A stretch of DNA of 64,000 nucleotides from an uncultured Serinicoccus sp. (GCF_947487915.1 NZ_CANKYH010000011.1:9919-73918); one strand, 5' to 3'. Counted from the first letter of the stretch, positions 47,986 to 59,062 are shown. The notes: generated by a model not told the origin, from the sequence alone. Numbers and translations are program-made.

Positions 47986-49571
47986 GGGGTCTCCTTGCTG
48001 GCCGGGGGTATGCCGTCGCCCCGGCGGGGCGAGGGCGCTGGGGTGGCGGGCAGTGTCGCGGCGGCGTGGTCGGAGGCCGCCCACAGGACGGCGGTGGCGT
48101 AGCTGCGCCAGGGGCGCCAGGCCTCGGCGTGCTGCAGCAGACCCGCGCCGGCCGGCACCCCGGCCGCGGCCGCCGTGACCTTGACGCCCAGGTCGGTGGA
48201 CGGGAAGGCGTCGGGGTCGCCCAGGCCGCGCAGCAGGACCATCTCCGCCGTCCACGGGCCGACGCCGGGCAGCGCGAGCAGCCCCTCGCGCGCCTCCTGC
48301 CGGTCGGCCCCCGGCCCGAGCCGCAGGTCGCCCTCGGCGAGCGCCCGGGCGACCGTCCGCAGGGTGCGCTGGCGCGACGCCGGCATGGCGGGCATCTGCT
48401 CGGCGGACGCGTCCGCGACAGCCTCCGGCGTGGGGAAGAGGTGGGTCACCTGCCCGGTCATCGGCTCCGGCAGCGGCTCCCCCAGCGCCTGGACGAGACG
48501 GGCCGCGTGGGTGCCGGCCGCGGCGGTGGAGACCTGCTGGCTCAGGACCACCCGCAGGGCCAGCTCGTCGGCGTCCACGGCCCCGGGGAGCCGGACGCCG
48601 GGGTGCGCGTGCACGAGCGGGGCCAGCCTCGGATCGGCCCCGAGGTGCTCGTCGACGGCGACCGGGTCGGCGTCGAGGTCCAGCAGCCGTCGGCAGCGTC
48701 CGATGGCGGCCGCCAGGTCGGCGACGTCGGTGAGCCGCAGGGTGACGCCGACGTGCCGCTCCCCCTCCGCACCGGGGCGCAGCACGAGCAGGGCCGGTCC
48801 GCCCGGCAGCCGCACCGCGCGGGTCAGGGCCCCGTCGGACCACGCCTCCGGGCCCCGGACGGACGTCGCCACGAGGTGGCCGAAGAGGCTGGGCACGTGC
48901 AGCGGCGGCCGGAACGGCAGCCGCAGGGTGATGCTGACCGGGGCGGGACCGCCCGGCCGGTCCCCCGCGGACGACCCCGGAGCCGGACGACGCCGCCTCG
49001 CGGCGGCGCGCAGCTCGGAGGGCGCGGCGGCATACACCTCACGCACCGTGGCGTTGAAGGAGCGGGTGCTGGAGAAGCCGGCGGCGTGGGCGACGTCGAC
49101 CATCGCCAGCGTGGTCCCCTCGATGAGCAGCCGTGCGGCCTGGGCCCGCTGCGCCCGGGCGAGGGCGAGCGGCCCCGCGCCGAGCTCGGCCTGCACGAGC
49201 CGCTCGAGCTGACGCACCGAGTACCCCAGCCGGGCCGCCAGTCCGGAGACACCCTCCCGGTCCACCACCCCGTCGGCGACGAGCCGCACCGCCCGGGCCA
49301 CGACATCACCCCGCACGTGCCACTGCGGGGACCCCGGCGTCGCGTCCGGGAGGCAGCGTTTGCAGGCCCGGAAGCCGGCGCCCTGGGCGGCCGCCGCGCT
49401 CGGGTAGAAGCGCATGTTGCGCACCTGCGGCGTGATGGCCGGACAGCTGGGGCGGCAGTAGATCCTCGTGCTCAGCACCCCGGTGACGAACCAGCCGTCG
49501 AACCGGGGGTCCTTGCTGCGCACGACCGCGGCGCAGCGGTCGTGGTCGAGGTGGAGGTGGGTGGTGCGCAC
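47982..49571 (-). CDS. alkA: Ada(N)-AraC/AlkA fused DNA-3-methyladenine glycosylase
   Basis: IYCRPSC, FRACKRC Zn site; AraC HTH; LPGVGPWTAE HhH and DAFPSTDLG. Confidence 0.94.
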   Translation of the reverse strand: MRTTHLHLDHDRCAAVVRSKDPRFDGWFVTGVLSTRIYCRPSCPAITPQVRNMRFYPSAAAAQGAGFRACKRCLPDATPGSPQWHVRGDVVARAVRLVADGVVDREGVSGLAARLGYSVRQLERLVQAELGAGPLALARAQRAQAARLLIEGTTLAMVDVAHAAGFSSTRSFNATVREVYAAAPSELRAAARRRRPAPGSSAGDRPGGPAPVSITLRLPFRPPLHVPSLFGHLVATSVRGPEAWSDGALTRAVRLPGGPALLVLRPGAEGERHVGVTLRLTDVADLAAAIGRCRRLLDLDADPVAVDEHLGADPRLAPLVHAHPGVRLPGAVDADELALRVVLSQQVSTAAAGTHAARLVQALGEPLPEPMTGQVTHLFPTPEAVADASAEQMPAMPASRQRTLRTVARALAEGDLRLGPGADRQEAREGLLALPGVGPWTAEMVLLRGLGDPDAFPSTDLGVKVTAAAAGVPAGAGLLQHAEAWRPWRSYATAVLWAASDHAAATLPATPAPSPRRGDGIPPASKETP

Positions 49572-49620
49572 CCCTCCATGGTGGGACACGCGACGCGCCG
49601 GGTCTAGCAGGAAAACGACA

Positions 49621-50745
49621 TCACGGCACGGGCTCCCCGTCGGCCACCTTCTGCCGCACCCGACGTCGCTCGGCCAGCACGCCGGCCTCGAAGGTGGCGG
49701 TGACGATGAGGGTGAGCGCGACGAGGGGCAGCACAAAGATCACCATGACGATCTCGAAGCCCTGGAGCGCCTCGTGCCGGGTCGCGTTGAGGACCACGAA
49801 GGCGGTGTAGGCGGCATACAGCAGCACGAAGAGACCGCCCTCCCAGCGGGCGACCGTGAAACCGGTGAAGACGACCGGCGCGAGCGCCACGGTGCAGGCG
49901 ACCATGAGCGGGATGTCGAAGGCGATCGCCGGGAAGGGCACCGGCAGCCCGCCGGAGGAGATGATCGCAGGCACCCCGAGCACCAGACCGATGTTGGCGA
50001 TGCAGCTGCCGACGACATTGCCGACCGCGAGGTCGCGCTCGCCGCGGACCGCGGCGATGACGGAGGCCGCCAGCTCCGGCAGCGAGGTACCCACGGCCAC
50101 CACGGTCAGCCCGACGACGAGACCGCTGACGCCGAGCGCCGCGGCGATGTTCACCGCGCCCGCGACCAGGAGGTTGGCACCGAGCACGAGCAGCGCCACC
50201 CCCCCGACCACGAGACCGAGGGCCGGCAGGACCCCCATCGGCTCCCCCTCGCGGGCCGCGGGGGCCCGACGTTTGCGCAGCTCCCGGCGCTGCTTCCTCC
50301 TGCCGACGACGACGGTGAGGACGGTGTGGGCGACCATGACGCCCAGCAGGAGCAGCCCCTCCACGGTCGAGATCACCCCGTCGAGAACCACCAGCAGCAG
50401 CGCCACCGACAGACCGACCATCACCGGCACGTCGATCTTGACCAGCTGCTCGCGCACCACGAGCGGCAGCACGAGTGCCGCGATCCCCAGGATGAGCAGG
50501 ATGTTGGCGATGTTGGAGCCCACGACATTGCCCACCGCGAGCTCGGGCTGCCCGTCCAGGACCGCCCCGACGGTGACCGCGAACTCCGGCGCCGAGGTCG
50601 CGACGGACACCACGGTCAGGCCCACCACCAGGGGGCTGAGGCCGAGGCGGGTGGCGAGGTTGGAGGCCCCGCGTACCAAGAACTCCCCGCCCACGACGAG
50701 CAGGACGAGGCCGCCCAGGATCCGGGCGATGTCGAGAAGGTCCAC
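49621..50745 (-). CDS. Calcium/sodium antiporter (CaCA/YrbG family)
   Basis: Duplicated alpha motifs ATSAPE...GNVVGSNI and GTSLPE...GNVVGSCI. Confidence 0.93.
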   Translation of the reverse strand: MDLLDIARILGGLVLLVVGGEFLVRGASNLATRLGLSPLVVGLTVVSVATSAPEFAVTVGAVLDGQPELAVGNVVGSNIANILLILGIAALVLPLVVREQLVKIDVPVMVGLSVALLLVVLDGVISTVEGLLLLGVMVAHTVLTVVVGRRKQRRELRKRRAPAAREGEPMGVLPALGLVVGGVALLVLGANLLVAGAVNIAAALGVSGLVVGLTVVAVGTSLPELAASVIAAVRGERDLAVGNVVGSCIANIGLVLGVPAIISSGGLPVPFPAIAFDIPLMVACTVALAPVVFTGFTVARWEGGLFVLLYAAYTAFVVLNATRHEALQGFEIVMVIFVLPLVALTLIVTATFEAGVLAERRRVRQKVADGEPVP

Positions 50746-50764
50746 GATGGGGCACCCTAGTGGG

Positions 50765-51823
50765 ATGAGCGCCCCGGCACCTCCGCACGGGACCACGGGC
50801 TGGGAGCCGGCCTGGCAGCAGGCGCTCTACGGCCCCGGCGGCTTCTACCGCGCGAGCGCTCCGTCCGCCCACTTCGCGACCTCGGCCCAGGGCATCCCCG
50901 GGGGTGGGGAGCTGCTGGCCGCCGCGGTCGTCGCCCTCGCGCGCCGGCACGGATGCCGGCGCGTCGTCGACCTCGGGTGCGGCCGCGGCGAGCTGCTCAC
51001 GCAGCTCCGGCGGCTGGACCCGTCGTTGCACCTGACCGGGGTCGATGTCGTCGCGCGACCCACGGGGCTCGACGTCGACGCGTGGCTGGTCTCCCCCGGC
51101 GGCGCGGCGCTGCCCGACGAGCTGCGCGACCTCCCGCAGACCCTGGTCCTCGCGCACGAGTGGCTCGACGTCGTCCCGTGCCCCGTGGTGGCCCGCGACG
51201 CGACAGGGGTGTGGCGCTCCCTCGCCGTCGCCCCGGACGGCACCGAGCATCTCGGCCCGGTGCTGCGCGGCGACGACCTCGCCTGGGTGCGCCGCTGGCT
51301 CGACGACGACGACGGGTCGGACCGGCGGGGCGAGGTGGGCCGGCCCCGGGAGGCTGCGCTCGCCGACCTCGTGGGCCGGGTCCGCAGCGGCCTGGTGGTG
51401 ATGGTCGACTACGGCCACACGGCGGAGGACCGGCCGCCGCACGGCACCCTCACCGGCTTCCGCGGCGGTCGCGAGGTCCCCCCCGTGCCGGACGGCAGCT
51501 GCGACCTGACGGCGCACGTCGCCGTGGACGCCCTCCTCGCCCACCTCCGCATCGGACGCGCGGGAGGCGAACCGGACACCGGACGCGCGGGAGGCAGGCC
51601 CCGGCTGGCCCGCCAGCGCGACCTGCTGCGCGACCTCCTCGGTGATCCCGGGACCAAGGTGCCGCACGCGCTGTCGCGGACCGACCCACCGGCATACCTC
51701 GCAGGACTCGCCCGGCGGGCCGCCCTGACGACGCTCACCGGCGCAGCCCTGGGCGACTTCTGGTGGCTGCTCGTGCCGGTGGGACCAGCGCCCGGCGACG
51801 CCTCGGCCCCGGGCATAGGGTGA
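50765..51823 (+). CDS. SAM-dependent methyltransferase, MidA/NDUFAF7 family
   Basis: [39 protein letters not shown]. Confidence 0.85.
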   Translation: MSAPAPPHGTTGWEPAWQQALYGPGGFYRASAPSAHFATSAQGIPGGGELLAAAVVALARRHGCRRVVDLGCGRGELLTQLRRLDPSLHLTGVDVVARPTGLDVDAWLVSPGGAALPDELRDLPQTLVLAHEWLDVVPCPVVARDATGVWRSLAVAPDGTEHLGPVLRGDDLAWVRRWLDDDDGSDRRGEVGRPREAALADLVGRVRSGLVVMVDYGHTAEDRPPHGTLTGFRGGREVPPVPDGSCDLTAHVAVDALLAHLRIGRAGGEPDTGRAGGRPRLARQRDLLRDLLGDPGTKVPHALSRTDPPAYLAGLARRAALTTLTGAALGDFWWLLVPVGPAPGDASAPGIG

Positions 51824-51827
51824 GGGC

Positions 51828-52997
51828 GTGAGCACCCGAGACGTGGACGTGACCCTGGGTGCCGCCGGCGTGGGTGGGCTCTCCACCACCGAGATGGTGC
51901 TCAACATCGGCCCGCAGCACCCGGCGACCCACGGCGTGCTGCGGCTGCGGATCACCGCCGACGGCGAGCGCATCACGGCCGCCGAGCCGGTCATCGGCTA
52001 CATGCACCGGGGCGCGGAGAAGCTCTTCGAGGTCCGCGACTACCGGCAGATCATGGTGCTCGCCAACCGCCACGACTGGCTCTCGGCGTTCAACAACGAG
52101 GTGGGGGTCGCGCTCACCGTCGAGCACCTGCTCGGCATGGAGGTGCCCGAGCGGGCGACCTGGACGCGGACCCTGCTCAGCGAGCTCGGCCGGGTGCTCA
52201 ACCACCTCATGTTCCTCGGGTCCTACCCGCACGAGCTCGGCGCCATCACCCCGATGTTCTACTCCTTCCGCGAGCGGGAGGAGATCCAGGCGGTCATGGA
52301 GGAGTTCTCCGGCGGCCGGATGCACTTCATGGCCACCCGGGTCGGCGGGCTGCTGCACGACCTGCCCGAGGGGTGGCTGGACCGGGTCGACGCCGCGGTC
52401 GCGACGGTCCGCGGCCGGATGCCGGCCCTCACCGGCCTGGTGCTGGGCAACGAGATCCTGCAGGGGCGTACCCGCGGGGTCGGCGTGCTCGACCTCGAGA
52501 CGGTGCTGGGGTATGGCGTGTCCGGCCCGATCGCGCGCGCGTCCGGGCTCGACGTGGACCTGCGCCGCGACGAGCCCTACCTCGCCTACGCCGAGCTCTT
52601 CACCGAGGGCGGTCCCGGGCGGGTGGTGACCCGCGAGGCCGGCGACTGCTATGCCCGGCTCGAGGTGCTGGCCGAGCAGATCGAGGTCAGCCTCGACCTC
52701 GTCGAGGCGTGCACGGCCCGGTTGCGCGAGCTGGGCGAGGGCCCGGTGAGCAGCAAGCTGCCGAAGAAGCTCAAGGTGCCGGCCGGGGAGCACTGGTTCG
52801 CGTCGGAGAACCCGCTCGGCTTCAACGGCTACTACCTCGTCAGCCGCGGCGACACCGTGCCGCACCGGCTCAAGCTGCGCTCGGCGTCCTTCAACAACGT
52901 GCAGGTGCTGCACGAGATGCTGCCCGGCACCGTCGTCGCCGACATGGTGGCGATCCTCGGCTCGATGTTCTTCGTCGTCGGGGACATCGACAAGTAG
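51828..52997 (+). CDS. nuoD: Orphan NADH-quinone oxidoreductase subunit D-like protein
   Basis: [26 protein letters not shown]-terminal [14 protein letters not shown]. Confidence 0.9.
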   Translation: MSTRDVDVTLGAAGVGGLSTTEMVLNIGPQHPATHGVLRLRITADGERITAAEPVIGYMHRGAEKLFEVRDYRQIMVLANRHDWLSAFNNEVGVALTVEHLLGMEVPERATWTRTLLSELGRVLNHLMFLGSYPHELGAITPMFYSFREREEIQAVMEEFSGGRMHFMATRVGGLLHDLPEGWLDRVDAAVATVRGRMPALTGLVLGNEILQGRTRGVGVLDLETVLGYGVSGPIARASGLDVDLRRDEPYLAYAELFTEGGPGRVVTREAGDCYARLEVLAEQIEVSLDLVEACTARLRELGEGPVSSKLPKKLKVPAGEHWFASENPLGFNGYYLVSRGDTVPHRLKLRSASFNNVQVLHEMLPGTVVADMVAILGSMFFVVGDIDK

Positions 52998-53082
52998 TTC
53001 TGGACATCGGACTCTGGGGCCCGCTCCCCAGAATCCGATGTCCCGAAGGGAAGATGGGCCGGGCCGCCGCGCTCGCCTGGTC

Positions 53083-53586
53083 TCAGCCGTAGGCGAGGTC
53101 GCCGTCGCTCACGCCGTCGTCGTCATCGTCGTCGTGCTCGGTCGGGGGGATCCGGCACCACGCCTGACCGAGGTAGCCGGACGCCGACAGGCCCAGCGCC
53201 ACCGCAGCATGCACGAGCCCCCACACCAGCTGCACGCGCTCGCTCGGGACATCGGCGTTGGGCAGGTGGACCAGGGCGTTCGCGGCATACCACCCCAGCA
53301 GCGCGGCGCCACCCAGCGCGGCCGCCTGCGCCCCCACGAGGGTGCCCCGGCCGCGCTGCGGGGAGGGGCGGACGCTGCCGCGCCCGAGGAGGTAGCGCCG
53401 GATCTGCCAGCACATGACCAGCACGAGCAGCGCCACGGCGACCAGCGGGACGAGCCCGATCCAGGAGATCGCCGGGTAGCCGCCGCCGAGCGAGCGCACC
53501 ACCTGCAGCAGCAGCCAGCTGGCCATCGCGGTGAGCACGGAGAGGACCGCGCCCGTGCCGACCCGCACCCCGTCCTGCGTGCTCAC
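53083..53586 (-). CDS. DUF3180 family membrane protein
   Basis: Four hydrophobic segments, C-terminal WCRIPP-DDDD; typical position after folK. Confidence 0.85.
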   Translation of the reverse strand: MSTQDGVRVGTGAVLSVLTAMASWLLLQVVRSLGGGYPAISWIGLVPLVAVALLVLVMCWQIRRYLLGRGSVRPSPQRGRGTLVGAQAAALGGAALLGWYAANALVHLPNADVPSERVQLVWGLVHAAVALGLSASGYLGQAWCRIPPTEHDDDDDDGVSDGDLAYG

Positions 53587-54482
53587 CGCGGGTCCTCGAC
53601 CGGCACTACGGCCTGCCCGGCCAGGTCCGGTATGAGGTCGCGCACGGCCGCCGCCCGGTCACCGACGCGCAGGGTCGCGGCGGGGTCGACCTCGTCCCAG
53701 GGCACGAGCACGAAGGCGCGCTCGTGGGCGCGCGGGTGCGGCAGCGTGAGGTCCGGGTCGGCGCTGCGCACGTCGGCGTCGGTCGCGGGGTCGCCGTACT
53801 GCACGAGGTCGAGGTCCACGGTCCGGGCCTCCCAGCGCACGTCGCGGGTGCGGCCCAGGTCGGCCTCCACCCGGTGCAGGGACGCGAGGAGCGAGGCGGG
53901 AGCGAGGCTGGTGCGGGCCACCGCGACGGCGTTGGCGTAGTCCGGCTGCCCGGCGACCGCCTCACCACCCACCGGGGCCGTCCGGAAGGAGCGGGAGACC
54001 CGGACGCGGTGCAGGCCGCGCATCCGGCGCAACCGGCGCGCGGCGCGGGCCACGGTCTCCGACGGCTCCGACCCGTCCGGGCCGGGGAGGTTGGCGCCCA
54101 GCGCGATGACCACGGGCACGTCCGTGCGCCGGCGCACCACGACGGCGACGTCGTCGAAGGGCACCCCCACGGGTGCCTGCGGCTTGTGCACGGTGACCTC
54201 GACCGCCTCGACGAGGGGGTGCACCAGCACGCGGGCGGCGATCTCCTCGGCGACGGTCTCGACGAGGTCGCGCGGCTCGCCCTCGACCACGGCGACGACC
54301 TCGGCGGCCACCGCGCCGTAGTCCACCGTCCGGGACAGGTCGTCGCTCGCACCCGCGTCGGCGAGGTCGACCTCCAGGGTGACGTCGACGACGAAGTCCT
54401 GCCCGTCACGCCGCTCGTGCGCGAAGACCCCGTGGTGCCCGCGGGCCCGGACCCCGGTGAGGCGGATCAGGTCACCGCGCAC
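53583..54482 (-). CDS. folK: Fused dihydroneopterin aldolase / HPPK (FolB-FolK)
   Basis: GHHGVFAHERRDGQDF, VHKPQAP then IALGANL, RWEARTVDLD, LPHPRAHERAFV. Confidence 0.95.
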   Translation of the reverse strand: MRGDLIRLTGVRARGHHGVFAHERRDGQDFVVDVTLEVDLADAGASDDLSRTVDYGAVAAEVVAVVEGEPRDLVETVAEEIAARVLVHPLVEAVEVTVHKPQAPVGVPFDDVAVVVRRRTDVPVVIALGANLPGPDGSEPSETVARAARRLRRMRGLHRVRVSRSFRTAPVGGEAVAGQPDYANAVAVARTSLAPASLLASLHRVEADLGRTRDVRWEARTVDLDLVQYGDPATDADVRSADPDLTLPHPRAHERAFVLVPWDEVDPAATLRVGDRAAAVRDLIPDLAGQAVVPVEDPR

Positions 54483-55314
54483 CGGCAGCCCCCTGCGTCA
54501 GCTCCCACACCGCGAGCGCGTCTCGGGTCGGTCCCACCTCGTGCACCCGCACCGCCCAGGCACCCGCCTGCGCGGCGAGCAGGCTCGTGGCAGCCGTCGC
54601 GACGTCGCGCTCCTGGGGTGCGGTGGGCTCGTCGGGCACCGGCGCACCGGGGCGCGCGGGCAGCCGGCCGAGGAAACGCTTGCGCGAGGCCCCGACGAGC
54701 ACCGGCAGCCCGAGCGCGACGACCCGGTCCAGCCCGGCCAGCAGCGTCCAGTTGTGGCCCGCGTCCTTGGAGAAGCCGAGGCCCGGGTCCAGCACCAGCT
54801 GCTCCTCGCGCACGCCCAGCCCGACCAGCGCGTCCACCCGGTCGGCGAGCTCGGCGCAGACCTCGCCCACGACGTCGTCGTAGTGGTGGGTGGCGGTGGG
54901 GTCGCTCAGCAGCCCCCGCCAGTGCATGACGACGTAGCGGGCACCGGTCTGCGCGACCATCGGCCCCATCTCGGGGTCGCCCAGCCCACCGGACACGTCG
55001 TTGACGAGGACCGCTCCGGCCTCCAGGGCCGCCTGCGCGACGGACGCGCGCATGGTGTCGATCGACACGGCATACCCCTCCTGCGCGAGTGCGGAGACGA
55101 CCGGCAGCACGCGTCCGCGCTCCTCGTCCTCCGACGGACGGCTGCTGCCGGGCCGTGTCGACTCACCGCCGACGTCGATGAGCTCGGCGCCCGCCGCCGC
55201 GAGGTCGCGTCCGCGGGCGACCGCGGCCGCGGGGTCGACGAAGCGGCCGCCGTCGCTGAAGGAGTCGGGCGTGACGTTGACGACGCCCATGATCGAGGTA
55301 TGCCGGTGGCTCAC
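54472..55314 (-). CDS. folP: Dihydropteroate synthase
   Basis: MGVVNVTPDSFSDGG, GGESTRPG, LDPGLGF, GASRKRF, VRVHE. Confidence 0.97.
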   Translation of the reverse strand: MSHRHTSIMGVVNVTPDSFSDGGRFVDPAAAVARGRDLAAAGAELIDVGGESTRPGSSRPSEDEERGRVLPVVSALAQEGYAVSIDTMRASVAQAALEAGAVLVNDVSGGLGDPEMGPMVAQTGARYVVMHWRGLLSDPTATHHYDDVVGEVCAELADRVDALVGLGVREEQLVLDPGLGFSKDAGHNWTLLAGLDRVVALGLPVLVGASRKRFLGRLPARPGAPVPDEPTAPQERDVATAATSLLAAQAGAWAVRVHEVGPTRDALAVWELTQGAAGAR

Positions 55315-55321
55315 GACGCCC

Positions 55322-55939
55322 TCAGCGCCCGGTGATGAGGCTCATCGCCTCGGCGCGGGTGGCCGGGTTGCGCAGCTGGCCGCGGACGGTGGACGTCACG
55401 GTGCGGGCCCCGGGGCGGCGCACGCCGCGCATGGACATGCACAGGTGCTCGGCCTCGACGACGACGAGGACCCCACGGGGGGCGAGGTGCTCGACCAGGG
55501 CGTCGGCGACCTGGGTGGTCAGCCGCTCCTGGACCTGGGGCCGGCGGGCGTAGACGTCGACGAGCCGGGCCAGCTTGGACAGCCCGACGACCCGACCGTC
55601 CCGCCCGGGGATGTAGGCGACGTGGGCCGAGCCGTGGAAGGGCACGAGGTGGTGCTCGCAGACGCTGTAGAGCTCGATGTCCTTGACGAGGATCATCTCG
55701 TCGTGGTCGACGTCGAAGGTGGTGCCGAGGACCTCCCGGGCGTCCTGCTGCAACCCGCCGAAGATCTCGGCGTAGGAGCGGGCCACCCGGGCCGGGGTGC
55801 CCTGCAGCCCGTCGCGGTCCGGGTCCTCGCCGACCGCGAGCAGGATCTCCCGGACCGCGGCCTCGATCCGGGCGTGGTCGACGGGCCCGCTCGCGGGCGG
55901 CTCGCCCGCCCCCGACTCAGGCGTGACCGGGGTCGACAT
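55322..55939 (-). CDS. folE: GTP cyclohydrolase I
   Basis: [30 protein letters not shown]. Confidence 0.97.
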   Translation of the reverse strand: MSTPVTPESGAGEPPASGPVDHARIEAAVREILLAVGEDPDRDGLQGTPARVARSYAEIFGGLQQDAREVLGTTFDVDHDEMILVKDIELYSVCEHHLVPFHGSAHVAYIPGRDGRVVGLSKLARLVDVYARRPQVQERLTTQVADALVEHLAPRGVLVVVEAEHLCMSMRGVRRPGARTVTSTVRGQLRNPATRAEAMSLITGR

Positions 55940-57962
55940 GGCCGCCCTCGGGCACCTGGACCACCTCGGCCGGGGGGTTCTCCTCCCCGGCCTCGGTCAG
56001 CGGGTGGTGGCCGTTGGACATGGCCCGCCGCTCCGCGTCGGTGAGCACCGGGCCCGCCTCGTGGATCGTGCGGGCGTCCGAGGAGAGCCACACCGGGCGC
56101 ACCGGACGCCTCCGGATGTCGGTGAAGACCGCGGCGATCGCGTCGGCGTTCAGGGTCTCCTTCTCCAGCAGCTCGAGCACGAGGGCGTCGAGGATGTCGC
56201 GGTTGTCGTTGAGCGCGTGCCAGGCCTCGTCGTGCGCGGCCTCGATGAGCCGGCGCACCTCCTGGTCGACGACGCCGGCGAGGTTCTCGGAGTAGTCGCG
56301 CTCGTGGCCCATGTCGCGCCCGAGGAAGACCTCGCCCCCCGCCGAGCCCAACTTGACCGCACCGATCCGCTCGGACATCCCGAACTGCGTGACCATCTTG
56401 CGCGCGAGGCCGGTCGCCTTCTCGATGTCGTTGGCGGCGCCGGTGGTGGGGTCGTGGAAGACCAGCTCCTCGGCCACCCGGCCACCGAGCGCGTAGGCGA
56501 GCTGGTCCAGCAGCTCGTTGCGGGTGGTGGAGTACTTGTCGTCGGTGGGCAGCACCATGGTGTAGCCGAGCGCCCGGCCGCGGGGCAGGATGGTCACCTT
56601 GCTCACCGGGTCGGTGTGGTTCATCGCCGCGGCGACGAGGGCGTGGCCGCCCTCGTGGTAGGCGGTGATCTTCTTCTCCTTCGCGCTCATGACCCGGGTC
56701 CGCTTCTGCGGGCCGGCCATGACGCGGTCGATCGCCTCGTCGAGGTCGGCGTCGGTGATGACCTGCTCGTTCTTGCGGGCGGTGAGCAGGGCGGCCTCGT
56801 TGAGCACGTTGGCCAGGTCGGCACCGGAGAAGCCCGGCGTGCGCCGCGCGATCGCCATGAGGTCGACGTCGGCCAGCGGCTTGCCCTTCCCGTGCACCTG
56901 CAGGATGTGCAGGCGACCGAGCATGTCGGGGGCCTCGACCGCGATCTGCCGGTCGAAGCGGCCCGGGCGCAGGAGCGCCGGGTCGAGGATGTCGGGCCGG
57001 TTGGTGGCGGCGATGAGGATGACGTTGGTCTTGACGTCGAAGCCGTCCATCTCGACGAGCAGCTGGTTGAGCGTCTGCTCCCGCTCGTCGTGCCCGCCAC
57101 CCATGCCGGCGCCGCGGTGGCGGCCGACGGCGTCGATCTCGTCGACGAAGATGATCGCCGGGGCGTTCTCCTTGGCCTGCTCGAAGAGGTCGCGGACGCG
57201 GGAGGCACCCACGCCGACGAACATCTCGACGAAGTCCGAGCCGGAGATGGAGTAGAACGGCACCCCGGCCTCGCCGGCGACAGCCCGGGCGAGGAGGGTC
57301 TTGCCGGTGCCGGGCGGGCCGTAGAGCAGCACGCCCTTGGGGATCTTGGCGCCCACCTCCAGGAACTTGCGGGGCTCGGAGAGGAACTCCTTGATCTCGT
57401 GCAGCTCCTCCACGGCCTCGTCGGAGCCGGCGACGTCGGCGAAGGTGACCTTGGGCATGTCCTTCGTCGCGAGCTTGGCCTTGGACTTGCCGAACTGCAT
57501 GACGCCTCGCCCGCCGCCCTGCATCCGGGTCATCAGCCACAGGAAGAGCGCCAGGATGAGCAGCAGCGGCAGGAAGTTGACCAGGATGGAGACGAAGACG
57601 TTCTGACGGGCCGGGTCGTCGGTCCACCGCTCCGACGGCGGGTTGGCGTCGAGCGTCTCGATGACCTGCGGGCCGCGGGCGTCGACGTAGAACGCCTGCA
57701 CCTGGTCGGTCTCCCGGACGTCGTCGCTGGAGAAGGTCTCCCCTTCCCGCAGGGTGAGGTCGATGCGGTCCGGCGTCACGACCGCCTCGGCGACCTGTCC
57801 GTCCTCGATCAGCTGGAGCGCGTCAGCGGTGTCGATCCTGCTGTAGGGGCTCTGCGACAGCAGCGAGTACCACAGGATCCCCAGGCCGAGGAAGAGGAAG
57901 ACCCACATCCACGGGCTGGGCTTGGGCCGCTTGCTGGGCCTCTTGGTCGGGGCAGTGCTCAT
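55917..57962 (-). CDS. ftsH: ATP-dependent zinc metalloprotease FtsH
   Basis: Two TM segments, [26 protein letters not shown]; start placed at ATG 57962 (uncertain). Confidence 0.97.
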   Translation of the reverse strand: MSTAPTKRPSKRPKPSPWMWVFLFLGLGILWYSLLSQSPYSRIDTADALQLIEDGQVAEAVVTPDRIDLTLREGETFSSDDVRETDQVQAFYVDARGPQVIETLDANPPSERWTDDPARQNVFVSILVNFLPLLLILALFLWLMTRMQGGGRGVMQFGKSKAKLATKDMPKVTFADVAGSDEAVEELHEIKEFLSEPRKFLEVGAKIPKGVLLYGPPGTGKTLLARAVAGEAGVPFYSISGSDFVEMFVGVGASRVRDLFEQAKENAPAIIFVDEIDAVGRHRGAGMGGGHDEREQTLNQLLVEMDGFDVKTNVILIAATNRPDILDPALLRPGRFDRQIAVEAPDMLGRLHILQVHGKGKPLADVDLMAIARRTPGFSGADLANVLNEAALLTARKNEQVITDADLDEAIDRVMAGPQKRTRVMSAKEKKITAYHEGGHALVAAAMNHTDPVSKVTILPRGRALGYTMVLPTDDKYSTTRNELLDQLAYALGGRVAEELVFHDPTTGAANDIEKATGLARKMVTQFGMSERIGAVKLGSAGGEVFLGRDMGHERDYSENLAGVVDQEVRRLIEAAHDEAWHALNDNRDILDALVLELLEKETLNADAIAAVFTDIRRRPVRPVWLSSDARTIHEAGPVLTDAERRAMSNGHHPLTEAGEENPPAEVVQVPEGGHVDPGHA

Positions 57963-58065
57963 ATCAATGACGTTCGGGGGCCCACGGGAGCCCCCGGTCC
58001 TCCTGGTCGGTGGTCCGGCAGTGATTCTTCTGCCCGTCAACGCGCGGCAGATGGACAGTGTTCCA

Positions 58066-58207
58066 CCTCACCCAGGGGCTCCGCCCCCGGGCACCCCCCG
58101 CTGGGGCTGCGCCCCAGACCCCCCTCACCCAGGGGCTCCGCCCCCGGGCACCCCCCGCTGGGGCTGCGCCCCAGACCCCCCTCACCCAGGGGCTGCGCCC
58201 GACACCC
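58066..58207. repeat. 57-bp tandem repeat, about 2.5 copies, with GC hairpins
   Basis: Unit CCTCACCCAGGGGCTCCGCCCCCGGGCACCCCCCGCTGGGGCTGCGCCCCAGACCCC at 58066 and 58123, partial copy at 58180. Confidence 0.92.
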
Positions 58208-58240
58208 TGCGCCGCTCCCGCCGGGGCTACGGTGACGCGT

Positions 58241-59062
58241 ATGACGCCCCTCGGCCTGATCTTCCCGCCCGACCAGCCCCCGGAGCGGCTGCGGGAGGTG
58301 GCCCGGGCCGCGGAGGCCGCCGGGGTGGACGAGCTGTGGCTGTGGGAGGACTGCTTCAAGGAGAGCGGGGTCGCGCCCGCGGCGGCCGCCCTCGCGTGGA
58401 CCTCGACCCTGCGGGTGGGGATCGCCCTCATGCCGGTGCCGCTGCGCAACGTGGCGCTCACCGCCATGGAGATCGCGACCCTCGCCCGGCTCTTCCCCGG
58501 GCGCTTCCTGCCGGCGGTCGGTCACGGGGTGCAGGGCTGGATGGGACAGACCGGCGCCCGGGTCGACTCACCCATGACGCTGCTGCGTGAGCAGGTCGAG
58601 GCGCTGCAGTGCCTCCTGCACGGGGAGCAGGTGTCGCGGCAGGGGCGCTACGTCGCCCTCGAGGAGGTGGCGCTGGACTGGCCGCCGGAGCAGGTGCCCC
58701 CGCTGCTCGTGGGCGCGCAGGGACCGCGGACCCTGGCCCTGGCCGGCGAGCTCGGCGACGGGGTGGTCGTCGACGTGGCGGAGCACCTGCCGCGAGCCGT
58801 GGCCGCGGTGCGCGAGGCGAGGGCCCGCGCGGGACGGGAGGGGGAGCCCGATGTGCTCGTCTTCCAGACCGTGGCCGTCGGGACCCCGCCCGAGGAGGTC
58901 GCCGAGCAGGTGCGCGCCCGGGTCGCCGAGGGCGCACGGCGGGTGGCCGTCACCGTGGTGACGGCCACGGGCGGCCCCCCGGAGCCGGGCCCGGCGCTGC
59001 TGGACGCCGTCCCGACGCTGGGCCGCGCCCGGGAGCTCCTGGCGCGGACCGACCCGTCCTAG
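58241..59062 (+). CDS. LLM-class flavin-dependent oxidoreductase
   Basis: AEAAGVDELWLWED, LFPGRFLPAVGHG, LVGAQGPRTLALAGELGDG; TACGGT-N7-ATG. Confidence 0.88.
   Translation: MTPLGLIFPPDQPPERLREVARAAEAAGVDELWLWEDCFKESGVAPAAAALAWTSTLRVGIALMPVPLRNVALTAMEIATLARLFPGRFLPAVGHGVQGWMGQTGARVDSPMTLLREQVEALQCLLHGEQVSRQGRYVALEEVALDWPPEQVPPLLVGAQGPRTLALAGELGDGVVVDVAEHLPRAVAAVREARARAGREGEPDVLVFQTVAVGTPPEEVAEQVRARVAEGARRVAVTVVTATGGPPEPGPALLDAVPTLGRARELLARTDPS

Noticed and set aside
47482-49571. Ada-AlkA fusion with ogt as a new defence or repair system
   Set aside because: Same organisation as the characterised mycobacterial adaptive-response operon
51553-51595. 16-bp direct repeat (27-bp period) in the MidA-like gene
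   Set aside because: In-frame duplication in a probable loop; no sign of disruption or element ends
53583-54482. FolB-FolK fusion as a novelty
   Set aside because: Such fusions are known in many bacteria, including actinobacteria
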